64,000 nucleotides of DNA. Origin: a virus. Below are positions 21,601-32,009 of this stretch, piece after piece; position 1 is the first letter of the stretch; every line of letters starts with the position of its first letter. The translations under genes were made by a program, and so were the position numbers. The stretch is taken from the IMG/VR virus record IMGVR_UViG_3300032285_001888, positions 1 through 64,000 of that record. The stretch is one strand, 5' to 3'. Below the pieces are notes generated by a model that made no database searches, was not told the origin of the DNA, and was given only the letters and a program-made list of their open reading frames with translations.

Positions 21601-24600
21601 ACGTAACAGGAACTTCAAGCAATACTATAACCGTTGGTGGTTCAAGCACAGTAGCACAGACAACTACAGCTAACCTATATATCGGCATGCCAATTGTATT
21701 CACTACAAGTTCTGGTAGTATTGTTGCCGGTACAACATATTATGTTGCCCAAGTGTTAACAGGAACAACGTTTACTATTGCAACAAGCTATGCAAATGCA
21801 CTTGTACCAACCTTATTTGCAGTAGGCACAGGTAGTGCCAACGTTGGAACATACAGTTATAGTCAAAGTAAAACTGAGCGTGATGCCGGTTTAGTTATCC
21901 AAGGTTTAATTTTTGATATTACACACAATGGTACATACCAAACAACTACTAACGTTCAAGCATATTTCACATCAACCGGTGCAACATTTACATCTGGAGT
22001 TAGCGCATACGATGTAATTCCTTTTAACTTGAGTTTGAACTATCTTGCAAATACTCTAATTCCAAACGTACTAGCTAATACTACACCAAGTACTAACTAT
22101 CAGTTAATATTAAATCCAAGTATCGCAACAACAGGTGCAAGTGGTACTAGTACAGTTGCTACAATTACATATACTGGTTCAGCATTTGCTGTAGGTAGCT
22201 ATATAACAGTAGCTGGAGTTACACCACTAGGATATAACGGTACATGGCAAGTGACCGCAAGTAGTTCAGGAAGTGTAAGCTTCTTGAGTTCAACTACTGG
22301 TAGTCAGACAGTTGCTGGTACGGTACAAACAGCCAAGGCTATTCAACAGATTAATTCAAGTTATACTGTTGAAAGCGGAACACAGACAAAAGCACAAACA
22401 TTAATAGGCTATTTGACCAGCTGTTTATCAGCAGGTACAACTAACAATGTATTGCCTGCTGTTATTAATCCAGCTACTACTATCAGTATTAAAACTGGTA
22501 CTTACAATGAAATTCTTCCAATAAACGTGCCAGCTTATACTGCACTAGTTGGTGATGAATTACGTTCAACAGTTGTGCAACCGTTTGCGGCTGATCCAGT
22601 ATTGGCTACAGTTGTACCTAAGGCAGTAGTTGCTCTGAATAGAATTAAAGCATTGATTCCAAACTTGATGAGTAATACAACAATTACTCCAACTACTGGA
22701 AACACCGCAACACAAGTTACAAGCCTACCAGCGGCAAGCACAGGTAGTACCCTTGCTATTACTAATTTGCAAACAAGTTTTAATATTGTATTGCAACTAG
22801 TGTCTAACGGTCTAGGCGGCGAACCTGTTATTGTAATGCCACAGCCAACAGGTTATAGTGGCGGATCAATAACTAACACAGCGTATGCTACTACTTCGGG
22901 TAGCAACCCAACTGGTACTACAACTGGTTATGCAACTGCATTTACACAGATTCGTCAGAACTATAATTTCTTAATTACAGAAACACTTGTATACCTAATT
23001 GCTAATCCAGGAACCTCTGGTTTTACAGGACAAGCTGGTCAATATAATTTAGGTGTTAGAGATATTACCTATATACTAGACAGTCTATTATATGACTTAA
23101 CTTATGGCGGAAATACACAAAGTTTAATTGCAGGTGCGGCATATTATTCACTAAACATTTTACAAATTACCAGTGCGCAATCGGCGGCTTATCAAGCGGC
23201 ATTGACTCGTTTAAGAGCGGCCATTGTTACAGTTGCACGAGGAACAGCTTTTAGTGCAACATCGGGTAATAACGTTGTACAAGTCACAGTAGGTGGTGAT
23301 GGTGGCGTAGCAGCCGCTAACTTTGCAGGCGATCGTGTACAAAACGTTATAAACTGGATTGCAAACGGCACTGCTGATGCTACAGTTGCTCCTTATATCG
23401 GAGCACAAAGCATTGCACTACAAACTGCCTACAACGCAGTATCAGCTTTAAACAGCAACATTGCTAGCGATGCACAGTATTGGGTTTATAAGTATTATCA
23501 AGGTGTAACTTATAGTAATCCAACATTAATCAATCGTGATGCCGGCCTAATTGCGACTTATACTGCATATGACATGGTGTTTGGTAGTAACTTTAATGCT
23601 ATTCAAATTGGTCGTGCATTTAATCGTGCTAATACAAGTGCTACAAACTTACGAAGTGCAACTAGCGGACAACTAGCACCTACGCTCGGTGCAATCAACT
23701 TCATGTACTACAAGATGAAACAGATTGCAGCCAGTGGAGCAGTAGCACAGATTCAAACTACTATTGATGATATTACAGCCTATATGCAAGGCGGCCCAGC
23801 GGCTCCTGCACAAATTATATGGCCACAGCCTGCACTAGCAACAATAGCTACTAGTACTGGAGCATCCGGCGGCGCAACATACACTAGCGTATCTGGAACT
23901 ACATTATCCGGCGGCGGATCAAGTGCTGTGTTTACTATTGTACGAGCATACAACGGTAATGGATATTATAATTATACCATCACTCCAACTACCCCTGGAT
24001 CAAGTTATACAGTTGGTAGTTTAATTAAAATTCTTGGAACAAGTATCGGCGGCTACACTCCAGTTAATGATATTATTATCAGAGTAACACAGGTAAACTC
24101 TGGTGCTATCCAATATGCTACATATTCTGACACATCATCTGCGGCCGGAATGTTAGAAGCTAACCGCGCATTCTTAATTGCTGAAGCAGTTGCATATTTT
24201 ACCACCAACTACAGTTCATTAGTATCTAATCCTAACTACAGTCTTGCTAAAACACAGCGCGATATGGGTTACATCTTAGATGGTATACACTATGATTTAG
24301 TCTACGGCGGAAACTGGGCAAGTTCTAATGCTGGTATGGCTTATTATTCAGCACTGTATGGCACACAAATATCAGCAGGATTTGGAGCGGCATTTGCGGC
24401 AACTATCAACTGGGTAAGCACACTAGCTCAGCAAGTAGTAGTCAATACCACTGTAGGAAGCCCTGTCCAAGCAACAGTAACTCAAACACTACAAGTAGGT
24501 GCCGGCTTAATTGGTGCTAGCACTCATGCGGCCACATTAGCTCAGTTGTTTGTAACCGTAACTGCTATTGTAACTAACGGATTAACAACTGGTGTTCCAA

Positions 24601-27600
24601 CAGCAACGATCGTAACTATTAGCGGTACTAATACATTCACTACTGGCACAACTGCAAATACAATTACTAATACTAACGGTACAGCAGTAACAATAACAGC
24701 GGCAAGTTATATCCAAGGTACTCCAATCGCAACTGGTGCCTCTGTAACAACAACTAGCGGATTAGCAATTAATACAACTTATTATGTTGCGGCTACAATT
24801 ACTAACTCTACAACAGTTACACTAGCAACTACACTAGCTAACGCCTTGGCTGGAACAGCAATTACGTTCACTGGTGGATCAACAGCAATCAGCAACGGTG
24901 CAGTAACAGTTGGGTCAGCTAATCACGGACTAAGTGCTGGCGATATGATTATCCCGCAGTCAACTAGTAACGGATTGACTTCGACTATTATCGGTAGCAC
25001 AGTTACTCCTTATTATGTCATCAGCACAGGTTTAACAACTACACAGTTCCAATTGTCAAATAGTTATAACGGTACAGCGATCAGTACATTTACTAACGGT
25101 ACAGGTTTATCTCTAGCTATTCAGACTATTAACATGCCGCAGTTGAATACTGCAAATGCAACTACATTATCTGCATGGACTGCGGTAAGTGCGAGTGTAC
25201 CAACATACCAGTCTGGTTCAACAGCATCATTTACTGCTACAATTAACGGTACAACCACACTAAACGTTACCGCAGTAGCATCTGGTACTATTGCTTTAGG
25301 TATGAGTATAACTGGAACAGGCTTAGGTGGTGGAGCAACTATTACAGCATTTGGCACAGGCCTAGGCGGAACCGGCACATATATTATGAGTGTTGCGGCA
25401 ACTAGCGGTACTGTTGCTATTCCAGTAACTGGAGTAACCGTGGCTGCGGTTAGCCAAGCTAGTGTTGTTGGTTACATTAATACCAACTATACTGCATTCC
25501 AATATCTATCAGCTTACACACAACGTGATGTATTCAACGTTACACTAGCTATGTTCTTAGACACACTACTAGGTAGCAACTTTGCTACAGTCCAAGCTGG
25601 CCGAGCCTACAATAGAACGCAAGACTATAAAGTACAAGGATATGAATTAACTGTAACAGTGGCGGCCTTAAACTACTTACAGACACTAGTAGCAACTACC
25701 CTATCAAGTTCGACATATACTTCACAACTAACTACAGCTACTAACAATATTAATACAATTATTAGTTACGTTGGCTCAAGTCAATATGTTCAACCACAGG
25801 TGAATGGAACTGTAACCTACAATAATAGTGCAGATATTATCAAAGGTGCTGAAATATTACGTGCTAATATTCCATTCTTGCAAGCTGAAGTATCAGCTTA
25901 CTATACTTCTCTGTACTCTTATGCTATAACTTCGACAACAACTAGTACGAACGTAATTACAACAGGTTCAGCACATAGTTTTGTTGTTAATGATCCTATA
26001 CAATTTACACCAACTACTGCATCAACAACTGCTACAGCATCTAATGCAAACAGTGAAATTACTCTTAATAGCCTAACAGGAATTATTGTTGGAGGAAGTG
26101 TAGCATTTAGTACTAGCTTTGGTAATGTTATCGCAGGTACTACGTACTATGTGTTAACAGCTACCGGCGGCAAAATAACAGTTTCGTCAGCAAGTCCAGG
26201 CGGAGCATTATTTGTAACTGGTGTTGTAGCTAGCACTTCTAGCGCAGTAACATATACTGGTTTTGTATCTGGTAATCTAAGTGCTAATACAGTGTACTAT
26301 ATTGCAAGTGTACCGAGTACAACTACATTTACTGTAACCACTATTGAAGGATTCACCAACGTTAATACAGGTACTACAGGAACAGTAGTTAGTTTGCAGA
26401 CAGTATCAACTCCAGCATTTAACGTAGTTTACTATGCTCCAACTGTACTAACACAAACTGATATTAACTACTATCTAAACGGTATTGTCTATGACCTACA
26501 ATATACAGGTAACTACAGAAGTTTACGTTATGCACAGGTACTGTTAAATTCCGTTAACGGTTCTGCTCAAAGCAATTTCTTCTTAGTAAGAAATGCTAGT
26601 GGTATTCGTAATATGACCATGACAGGTCTAACAGGATATTTAAGCACTGCTAGCGTGGCATTTGGAACAAAACGTCCAACAGCTGGCGCCTACTCAAGTT
26701 TAGATCCAGGATTTGGACCAAACGACAGCAATGCTTGGATTTATTCACGTAGTTGCTATGTACAAAACTGTACAATGTTTGGATATGCAGTATATGGTGC
26801 TAAAGTTGATGGTGCATTGCACTCTGGCGGTTACCATTCTATGGTTGCTAACGATTATACTTGTATTATTGGTGATGGTATTGGTTGGATGACAACTGGT
26901 GCAGGTTCGTTATCAGAACTTGTTTCGGTGTTCAACTACTATAGCTATGCAGGTTATATGGCAGAGTTAGGCGGACGTATCCGTGCTACTAACGGTAACT
27001 CATCATACGGTGTATACGGAGTAGTTGCTGAAGGAGTTGACACTACAGAAGTTCCATTGTATGCAACTTTAAATAATCGTGCAAACCCAGCAACAATTAC
27101 CAACGTTGTAACTGATGCTCAAGCACAGGTATATAGATTTGAATACGGAAATGCCGGTACGAACTACACAAGTAGTGTGCCAAGCATCAGCGGTTCTGGT
27201 TATAACTCGGCAGTATTCCAAGACGAATTTAGAAATGCGTCTATGTTTGAAACACGCCTAATTGACAAAGCTGACGGTAATGGTACTGGCGGCAGCAGTT
27301 ATGTGACAGCTACTAACGTATCACAAGGTGGTACTACCGGTTTAATTACCATCGCGGCAACTGACACTGCATTAACTAATGCCTACAACGGTGATCGCAT
27401 CCAGCTCACAGCAGGTACAGGTGTTGGACAATATGCTAACATCTTAACTTATACTAACAGCAGTAAAGTTGCACAGATCATCAAAGACTCATTTACACCA
27501 ATTAGTGTAACAGCGTCAACCGCTACTACAGGTGTTAACACAACATCTGGTGTAATTACCACCAACTCATATTGGGGTACAGTATTGGCACCATGCGGCA

Positions 27601-30600
27601 CGGTAACGGGTACTTTTGCTCCAGGTATGGTATTAACCAGTGCTGGTACAATCACAGCCGGTACTTATATTACTAGTGCGGCAAACTCGGCAACATTAAC
27701 TACAACAAGTATTACAAGCTCGGGCGGAAGTTTAGCAGGTACAGTTAGCCTAATCAGTGGTGCAGGCACAGCAGTAGCACCATGGGCCGCAACAATTACA
27801 TTGAGCTCAGGAACAACTGCCGCACTAGTTGTTGGCGCTCAATTTGTTGCAACAGCAGGCGGTGGTACAATATATGGCGGATCACCAACTAGCGTAACAG
27901 TCACAGCTATTACTAGTTCAACCGTGTTTACCTATGCAGTAGTCGGCGGCACAACACCGACAGCAGGTACAGTAACCGCAATTACTCAAGCAGTATTAGC
28001 CGCAAGTGCCGCAAGCAACTTGTTACCAGGCATGGCATTAGCCACAGTTTCTACCCCAGCTTATGTTGCAGGACAAATTTCAGCAACTGGTACAATCGTT
28101 GCAACTGCTACATTTACTGGTACAAGCGGTACAAATACAATTACCCTAAGTACATTTACTGTTGGTAGCATTGCAACAGTTCTAGTAGGACAATTTATTG
28201 GCCCAATTAGTGGTATTCCAGCTAACACCTTTGTTACAGCAGTTAATCCTGTTACTAACATAATAACTATTAGTACTACATTATACGGCGCAGTTAGCGG
28301 TTCGGCAAGTACCTACACAGCAGGTGGTGCAGGAACATACGCACTAACTGCCGCAAGTTTTGCTACTATTACCGGTACTCCAACAACAGCTACTAGCTGG
28401 CCATTAAGTACAAGTCAAAGTCAGTATTCAGCTACTGTTACAGGTACACTGTATTCATTGACTGTGGCAAGCACAGCTAATATCTACAACGGTATGCCAA
28501 TATACCTTGGAACGGCAGTTGCAACATTAAGTGCAACAACATTGTACTATGCACAAGCTGTGACCAGTACTGGTTTCAGTGTTACAACTAATGCAGGTTA
28601 TCCTGGTGCAGGTACTATTGCTACAGTTACAACAACTACTACAGCAACCGTAACAGTAACAGCTACAAGCATTGTTAATAACTTAATCACAGCCGCAAAT
28701 ACTCTAACTGCTGGACAGACATTGACATTTGGTACAGCGTTTACTGGAGTTGATACAGGAACTACATACTGGGTTAATGCAACTAACTTAACAACTAGTT
28801 CGTTCGCCATAAGTACAAGCCCTTTCAGTGGTACGACTGTAACTATTACCAGTACTAATCCTTCGGTTAGTTCGACTGGTACTATCGGTACAGCAGTATA
28901 TGCCGCAGGTTGGGATCATGTGTTGCCTGGATTTGTAAGTGCAACATTTGGAACACCTTCAACAACTATATCATATACAAATGCACTAGATTTAACCAGT
29001 GCATATATCATTGAACCACGTGTTAGTTACAGTGCTCCGGCTTATCTTCCAACGGCCAGAACAATTACCAGCGGTAGTTATTCAAGTCTAACCTACGGCG
29101 CAGGCTACTTTGTTGCATTAAACACTAGTGGAACAGCAGTACAATATTCAACTAATGGAACAACTTGGAGTGCAGGCGGAGCATTACCAACAAGCACTAC
29201 TTGGAGTAACGTAGTATACGGTGGTGGCCAAGGTGCTAGAGCAACAGCAGTTGTTGGCGGATTTGGCGGAGCAGGCGCCGTACTAACAGCAGTTATAGGT
29301 ACAGGAACAACTGCTACACAAATTGTTAGCGTTACAATCGTTAACGGTGGATATAATTATACAACACCACCAAACATTGTGTTCGTAAGTAGTAACGGCC
29401 CTGGTACTGGTGCAACTGCAACATGTACTGTGTTAAACGGTGCAATTACATCAGTCACAATGACCATTAACGGATCAGGATATACTGCGGCTCCTATAGT
29501 TACAGCCAATACCGGTATAGTTAGTAGTATAACTATGAACACATGGGGTAAAAACTATTATAGTACTCCAACGGTTACTGTTGCACAGCCACAGGGATTA
29601 ACACCAACAGTGTATCCTGTTAGTTCATCGGTAACACAAAATACCTACTACCAAACAACTGCTGGTAGAATTTATCAGTGCGTAACTGCTGGTACAACTA
29701 GCAGTACTACACCGACATTTGACTATACAACAGCTACAGGCTACACTAACATTCAAAACGGTACTGCATATTTTACCTATATTGCAACTCAGGCAAGCGG
29801 AACAGCCGCTTATAGCAATGGTTCGATAACATCTATAGCACTAACCAATGCAGGTTATGGATACAATGCAGTTCCAGCAGTGACGATTGTAGACGGATCG
29901 GCAGCGTTTGTAGCTATTAGTTATTCAACTACTAGCCAAACTTATATTGCTACAAGTACTGCGGCAGGTATTCCAGCAACTGGTTGGAGCGCAATTGGTA
30001 CAGGATCTAATGCTTACATAGCGATATCAAATATCTACGGTATAACCTATGGTAATAATATCTATGTAGCAGTTGGCGGAGCTAACGGGACAGCAACAGC
30101 ATTGTCTACAAGTTCTCCACAATCTTATACTAACTGGGTTACAAGAACATTAACTGCTATTAGTGCAGGTTACTATTCGTCTGTAGCATTTGGTGCAGGC
30201 GGTAATAGTTCAGGTACATTTATTGCTATCAACTATGGTGGTAATATAACCAGTATTTCTAACAACGGTTCAACATGGACTGCTGGCGGAACATTACCAA
30301 GCACACAACCTTGGACCAGCATTGCCTACGGTAACAACAGATTTGTTGCTCTAGCAAAAACTGGAGCAGTGGCCTACACAGTTAACTACGGTACTAACTG
30401 GTATGCAAGTCCAGTGTCTAATGGTTCTTTCCCTAGCACGTTAAGTCCAAGCTATGTATGGACACAGATAAGTTATGCAGAAGGTGTGTTTGTCGCTATC
30501 AGCCAGACTAACGTAAGTGCTACAAGCCCAGACGGTATTACTTGGACCTTACGTACAATGCCAAGCTCAACGAACTGGAGTGCAATAGCATTTGGTAATC

Positions 30601-31988
30601 CAAATAATATTTCAAGCACAGTAATAGGAAGCCAGCCAATATGGGCGGCCGTGAGTAGTACAACAGGCACTGCGGCAGCAAGTATACGTACTGGAGCAAC
30701 TCCACTAGGACGTATGAAGGTAGCTAGCGGTGCTATTACAGAGATACGACTAATCGAACCAGGCGGCGGCTTTGCCAAAGGTAACGTTTCAGCTACGACT
30801 GTAAGTACTAACTTGATCACTGTAGATGACACTACTGGATTGAGCACAAGTATCGCTAATAATCAACCGATTGAATTTAGTGTTGCTAGTGGCGGCCTAA
30901 CAACTAATACAACATACTATGTAATTGGATCGACTGTTACCAGTACTCAGTTTAGCGTAACTGCAACTGCTGGTAGCACAACAGCAGTAACACTTACAAC
31001 GACTGCTCCGACTGGTATGATTTATACTGCCGGTCCTATAGTAACACAATTTGATCCTAACAAGGTTAACACAGCAGGCACTCGTGTGCGTATGAGCGAC
31101 GGAGTATTGGCTAATCCAAGTTTCACTAATCGAGGATTAAACAACGCTACCGCTACAGCAGTAACAGCAGGCGATGGATATGCTGATCTATATCAGAATT
31201 CAAGTTACATAAACGTAAGTGGAGTCTACTCAATCCCAACTGCAGGTGCTAACGTACAGTTTGCCGCAATCACTGGCACTAGCCAATGGTATAAGCTGGT
31301 AACAGTTTCGAACATATTAGGTATTGCTGGTAATTATTCAGCAACGTTCCAGATTAATCCAGCATTAAGTACACTACTAGCACCAGCTAACGGTAACTTA
31401 ATCACTACTCGACTAAAATACAGTCAAGTTCGACTAACTGGACATGACTTCTTGTACATCGGTACTGGTAATCAAACACAAACAAACTACCCTAATGTGA
31501 TTCCTGGTAATGCTATACAGGCTAATCAGAGCTATGCTACAGGCGGCGGACGTGTGTTCTTTACAAGTACTGACCAAGACGGTAACTTTAACGTTGGTAA
31601 CTTGTTCGGAGTTCAACAGTCAACTGGTACTGCTACATTGAACGCTAGTGCGTTTGCCCTAAGCGGATTGCAGAGTTTGACATTAGGTAACTTGTCAGTT
31701 GGTGTTGGATCAGCGACTATTACTAGTTTCTCAACAGATCCCTACTTTACAGCTAATAGTGATAGTGTTGTACCAACACAGAAAGCTATTAAATCTTACA
31801 TTACAGCCCAAATTGGTGGCGGATCAAGCTCGTTGAACGTAAATACTATCACATCAGGACAGATTTACATCGCCGGCAATACGATAAGTAATACAACAGG
31901 TAATCAAATCTTGGTAACAAGTAAGATGACATTTACCGGCGGAATTGACGGGGCACCAGTTGCTCTTGTGTTCTTCGGTCAGAGATAA
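18654..31988 (+). CDS. Giant tail fibre/adhesin-like protein, paralogue of 10077..18605
   Basis: 4444 aa. Same domain order and terminal motifs as the preceding gene, expanded by many inserted modules and helical RD..Y....YD...G.N repeats. Confidence 0.85.
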   Translation: MAEYKLGRIKPVYQGSWTAGGSYVVDDIVTVGGKTYICVISNTASGSFNTDLTANPSLWNIIADGSTWRGTWQNATTYNIGDLALYGGVLYQATTAHSSTSATATITAATASANGSTATIGFAQQVVQPYLVGATITVAGFSSQTAFNGSFTVTACTTTTVSYTLAQTLTGTTMGTVTGPSQLGLENSQYNAISGVSIGANGTFAGSATLNVGMAVVVSGTSSNGSITGYTNPTTYYIIATNGVNTGFTLSATQGGAPVGTVAGTGAGLTFNIAYWVPYSSNINWIGAWTTNTRYKLNDLVSYGGYTYVCNLAHVSANTATLGLEQDQSKWSTFNAGIFYQGSWSSSSVRYRVNDVVTYGADLWICTTAHTSSTSFASANFSLFVAGFEYLNSWSASTTYVQGDVVSYGGNTYIALQNHSGQTPSTALTYWQPFTTGLTFAGAWTTTPTGIQTGQTGYRIGDVVTVDGYTYLAVADNAVQTVTATAVTNPTATMPSTTISTLGALNIGGTVTGTVAIGMYLSGGGLTTNTYYITGGSGTSWTTNYTGTAIASTTITGTHNLVSLPSIIITAASASGGTATLTYATQSAVPFVAGQYITVAGVTPAGFNGTYVVTGSPTTTQVTYALTGTLTGSAFGTVAGTTTNLVTGLPITFGSALGGLLTTQQYYVRDIPTGGTTFSVSTTSGGVPVLLTASSANTTLGTTNPKPPFATYWGQLNSGIKWNPSYNTYTGLSATNVTGTGVGAQFTVLARNTTYTVTVTNGGSGYSQTAGSNTIKILGTSLGGVSPANDLTMTISSVASGVIQTGGVTVVGISVTWASSTTYVAGDTVLWGVSTYICILAHVGATGNRPDNDTTGTYWNLMASGTEQAVLTTQGDMFYYGSTGPTRLPIGTDGQILRVNNNIPAWQYYGQINNLVYVSPAGSDVTTAGQGTTIDKPWQSVRYACQQVEDGYLNPNTKFLMTANKQFMMKEVNNYIYYQYSVNVTGTSSNTITVGGSSTVAQTTTANLYIGMPIVFTTSSGSIVAGTTYYVAQVLTGTTFTIATSYANALVPTLFAVGTGSANVGTYSYSQSKTERDAGLVIQGLIFDITHNGTYQTTTNVQAYFTSTGATFTSGVSAYDVIPFNLSLNYLANTLIPNVLANTTPSTNYQLILNPSIATTGASGTSTVATITYTGSAFAVGSYITVAGVTPLGYNGTWQVTASSSGSVSFLSSTTGSQTVAGTVQTAKAIQQINSSYTVESGTQTKAQTLIGYLTSCLSAGTTNNVLPAVINPATTISIKTGTYNEILPINVPAYTALVGDELRSTVVQPFAADPVLATVVPKAVVALNRIKALIPNLMSNTTITPTTGNTATQVTSLPAASTGSTLAITNLQTSFNIVLQLVSNGLGGEPVIVMPQPTGYSGGSITNTAYATTSGSNPTGTTTGYATAFTQIRQNYNFLITETLVYLIANPGTSGFTGQAGQYNLGVRDITYILDSLLYDLTYGGNTQSLIAGAAYYSLNILQITSAQSAAYQAALTRLRAAIVTVARGTAFSATSGNNVVQVTVGGDGGVAAANFAGDRVQNVINWIANGTADATVAPYIGAQSIALQTAYNAVSALNSNIASDAQYWVYKYYQGVTYSNPTLINRDAGLIATYTAYDMVFGSNFNAIQIGRAFNRANTSATNLRSATSGQLAPTLGAINFMYYKMKQIAASGAVAQIQTTIDDITAYMQGGPAAPAQIIWPQPALATIATSTGASGGATYTSVSGTTLSGGGSSAVFTIVRAYNGNGYYNYTITPTTPGSSYTVGSLIKILGTSIGGYTPVNDIIIRVTQVNSGAIQYATYSDTSSAAGMLEANRAFLIAEAVAYFTTNYSSLVSNPNYSLAKTQRDMGYILDGIHYDLVYGGNWASSNAGMAYYSALYGTQISAGFGAAFAATINWVSTLAQQVVVNTTVGSPVQATVTQTLQVGAGLIGASTHAATLAQLFVTVTAIVTNGLTTGVPTATIVTISGTNTFTTGTTANTITNTNGTAVTITAASYIQGTPIATGASVTTTSGLAINTTYYVAATITNSTTVTLATTLANALAGTAITFTGGSTAISNGAVTVGSANHGLSAGDMIIPQSTSNGLTSTIIGSTVTPYYVISTGLTTTQFQLSNSYNGTAISTFTNGTGLSLAIQTINMPQLNTANATTLSAWTAVSASVPTYQSGSTASFTATINGTTTLNVTAVASGTIALGMSITGTGLGGGATITAFGTGLGGTGTYIMSVAATSGTVAIPVTGVTVAAVSQASVVGYINTNYTAFQYLSAYTQRDVFNVTLAMFLDTLLGSNFATVQAGRAYNRTQDYKVQGYELTVTVAALNYLQTLVATTLSSSTYTSQLTTATNNINTIISYVGSSQYVQPQVNGTVTYNNSADIIKGAEILRANIPFLQAEVSAYYTSLYSYAITSTTTSTNVITTGSAHSFVVNDPIQFTPTTASTTATASNANSEITLNSLTGIIVGGSVAFSTSFGNVIAGTTYYVLTATGGKITVSSASPGGALFVTGVVASTSSAVTYTGFVSGNLSANTVYYIASVPSTTTFTVTTIEGFTNVNTGTTGTVVSLQTVSTPAFNVVYYAPTVLTQTDINYYLNGIVYDLQYTGNYRSLRYAQVLLNSVNGSAQSNFFLVRNASGIRNMTMTGLTGYLSTASVAFGTKRPTAGAYSSLDPGFGPNDSNAWIYSRSCYVQNCTMFGYAVYGAKVDGALHSGGYHSMVANDYTCIIGDGIGWMTTGAGSLSELVSVFNYYSYAGYMAELGGRIRATNGNSSYGVYGVVAEGVDTTEVPLYATLNNRANPATITNVVTDAQAQVYRFEYGNAGTNYTSSVPSISGSGYNSAVFQDEFRNASMFETRLIDKADGNGTGGSSYVTATNVSQGGTTGLITIAATDTALTNAYNGDRIQLTAGTGVGQYANILTYTNSSKVAQIIKDSFTPISVTASTATTGVNTTSGVITTNSYWGTVLAPCGTVTGTFAPGMVLTSAGTITAGTYITSAANSATLTTTSITSSGGSLAGTVSLISGAGTAVAPWAATITLSSGTTAALVVGAQFVATAGGGTIYGGSPTSVTVTAITSSTVFTYAVVGGTTPTAGTVTAITQAVLAASAASNLLPGMALATVSTPAYVAGQISATGTIVATATFTGTSGTNTITLSTFTVGSIATVLVGQFIGPISGIPANTFVTAVNPVTNIITISTTLYGAVSGSASTYTAGGAGTYALTAASFATITGTPTTATSWPLSTSQSQYSATVTGTLYSLTVASTANIYNGMPIYLGTAVATLSATTLYYAQAVTSTGFSVTTNAGYPGAGTIATVTTTTTATVTVTATSIVNNLITAANTLTAGQTLTFGTAFTGVDTGTTYWVNATNLTTSSFAISTSPFSGTTVTITSTNPSVSSTGTIGTAVYAAGWDHVLPGFVSATFGTPSTTISYTNALDLTSAYIIEPRVSYSAPAYLPTARTITSGSYSSLTYGAGYFVALNTSGTAVQYSTNGTTWSAGGALPTSTTWSNVVYGGGQGARATAVVGGFGGAGAVLTAVIGTGTTATQIVSVTIVNGGYNYTTPPNIVFVSSNGPGTGATATCTVLNGAITSVTMTINGSGYTAAPIVTANTGIVSSITMNTWGKNYYSTPTVTVAQPQGLTPTVYPVSSSVTQNTYYQTTAGRIYQCVTAGTTSSTTPTFDYTTATGYTNIQNGTAYFTYIATQASGTAAYSNGSITSIALTNAGYGYNAVPAVTIVDGSAAFVAISYSTTSQTYIATSTAAGIPATGWSAIGTGSNAYIAISNIYGITYGNNIYVAVGGANGTATALSTSSPQSYTNWVTRTLTAISAGYYSSVAFGAGGNSSGTFIAINYGGNITSISNNGSTWTAGGTLPSTQPWTSIAYGNNRFVALAKTGAVAYTVNYGTNWYASPVSNGSFPSTLSPSYVWTQISYAEGVFVAISQTNVSATSPDGITWTLRTMPSSTNWSAIAFGNPNNISSTVIGSQPIWAAVSSTTGTAAASIRTGATPLGRMKVASGAITEIRLIEPGGGFAKGNVSATTVSTNLITVDDTTGLSTSIANNQPIEFSVASGGLTTNTTYYVIGSTVTSTQFSVTATAGSTTAVTLTTTAPTGMIYTAGPIVTQFDPNKVNTAGTRVRMSDGVLANPSFTNRGLNNATATAVTAGDGYADLYQNSSYINVSGVYSIPTAGANVQFAAITGTSQWYKLVTVSNILGIAGNYSATFQINPALSTLLAPANGNLITTRLKYSQVRLTGHDFLYIGTGNQTQTNYPNVIPGNAIQANQSYATGGGRVFFTSTDQDGNFNVGNLFGVQQSTGTATLNASAFALSGLQSLTLGNLSVGVGSATITSFSTDPYFTANSDSVVPTQKAIKSYITAQIGGGSSSLNVNTITSGQIYIAGNTISNTTGNQILVTSKMTFTGGIDGAPVALVFFGQR

Positions 31989-32009
31989 CATAAATTTTGG
32001 AGAAATAAT

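Noticed and set aside
13490-31630. Near-identical DNA stretches between the two giant genes (e.g. AGTACTGACCAAGACGGTAACTT near 18120 and 31566) as a DGR template/variable pair
   Set aside because: Differences are mostly synonymous and not adenine-specific, both copies are coding, and no reverse transcriptase is in the window; paralogy explains them.
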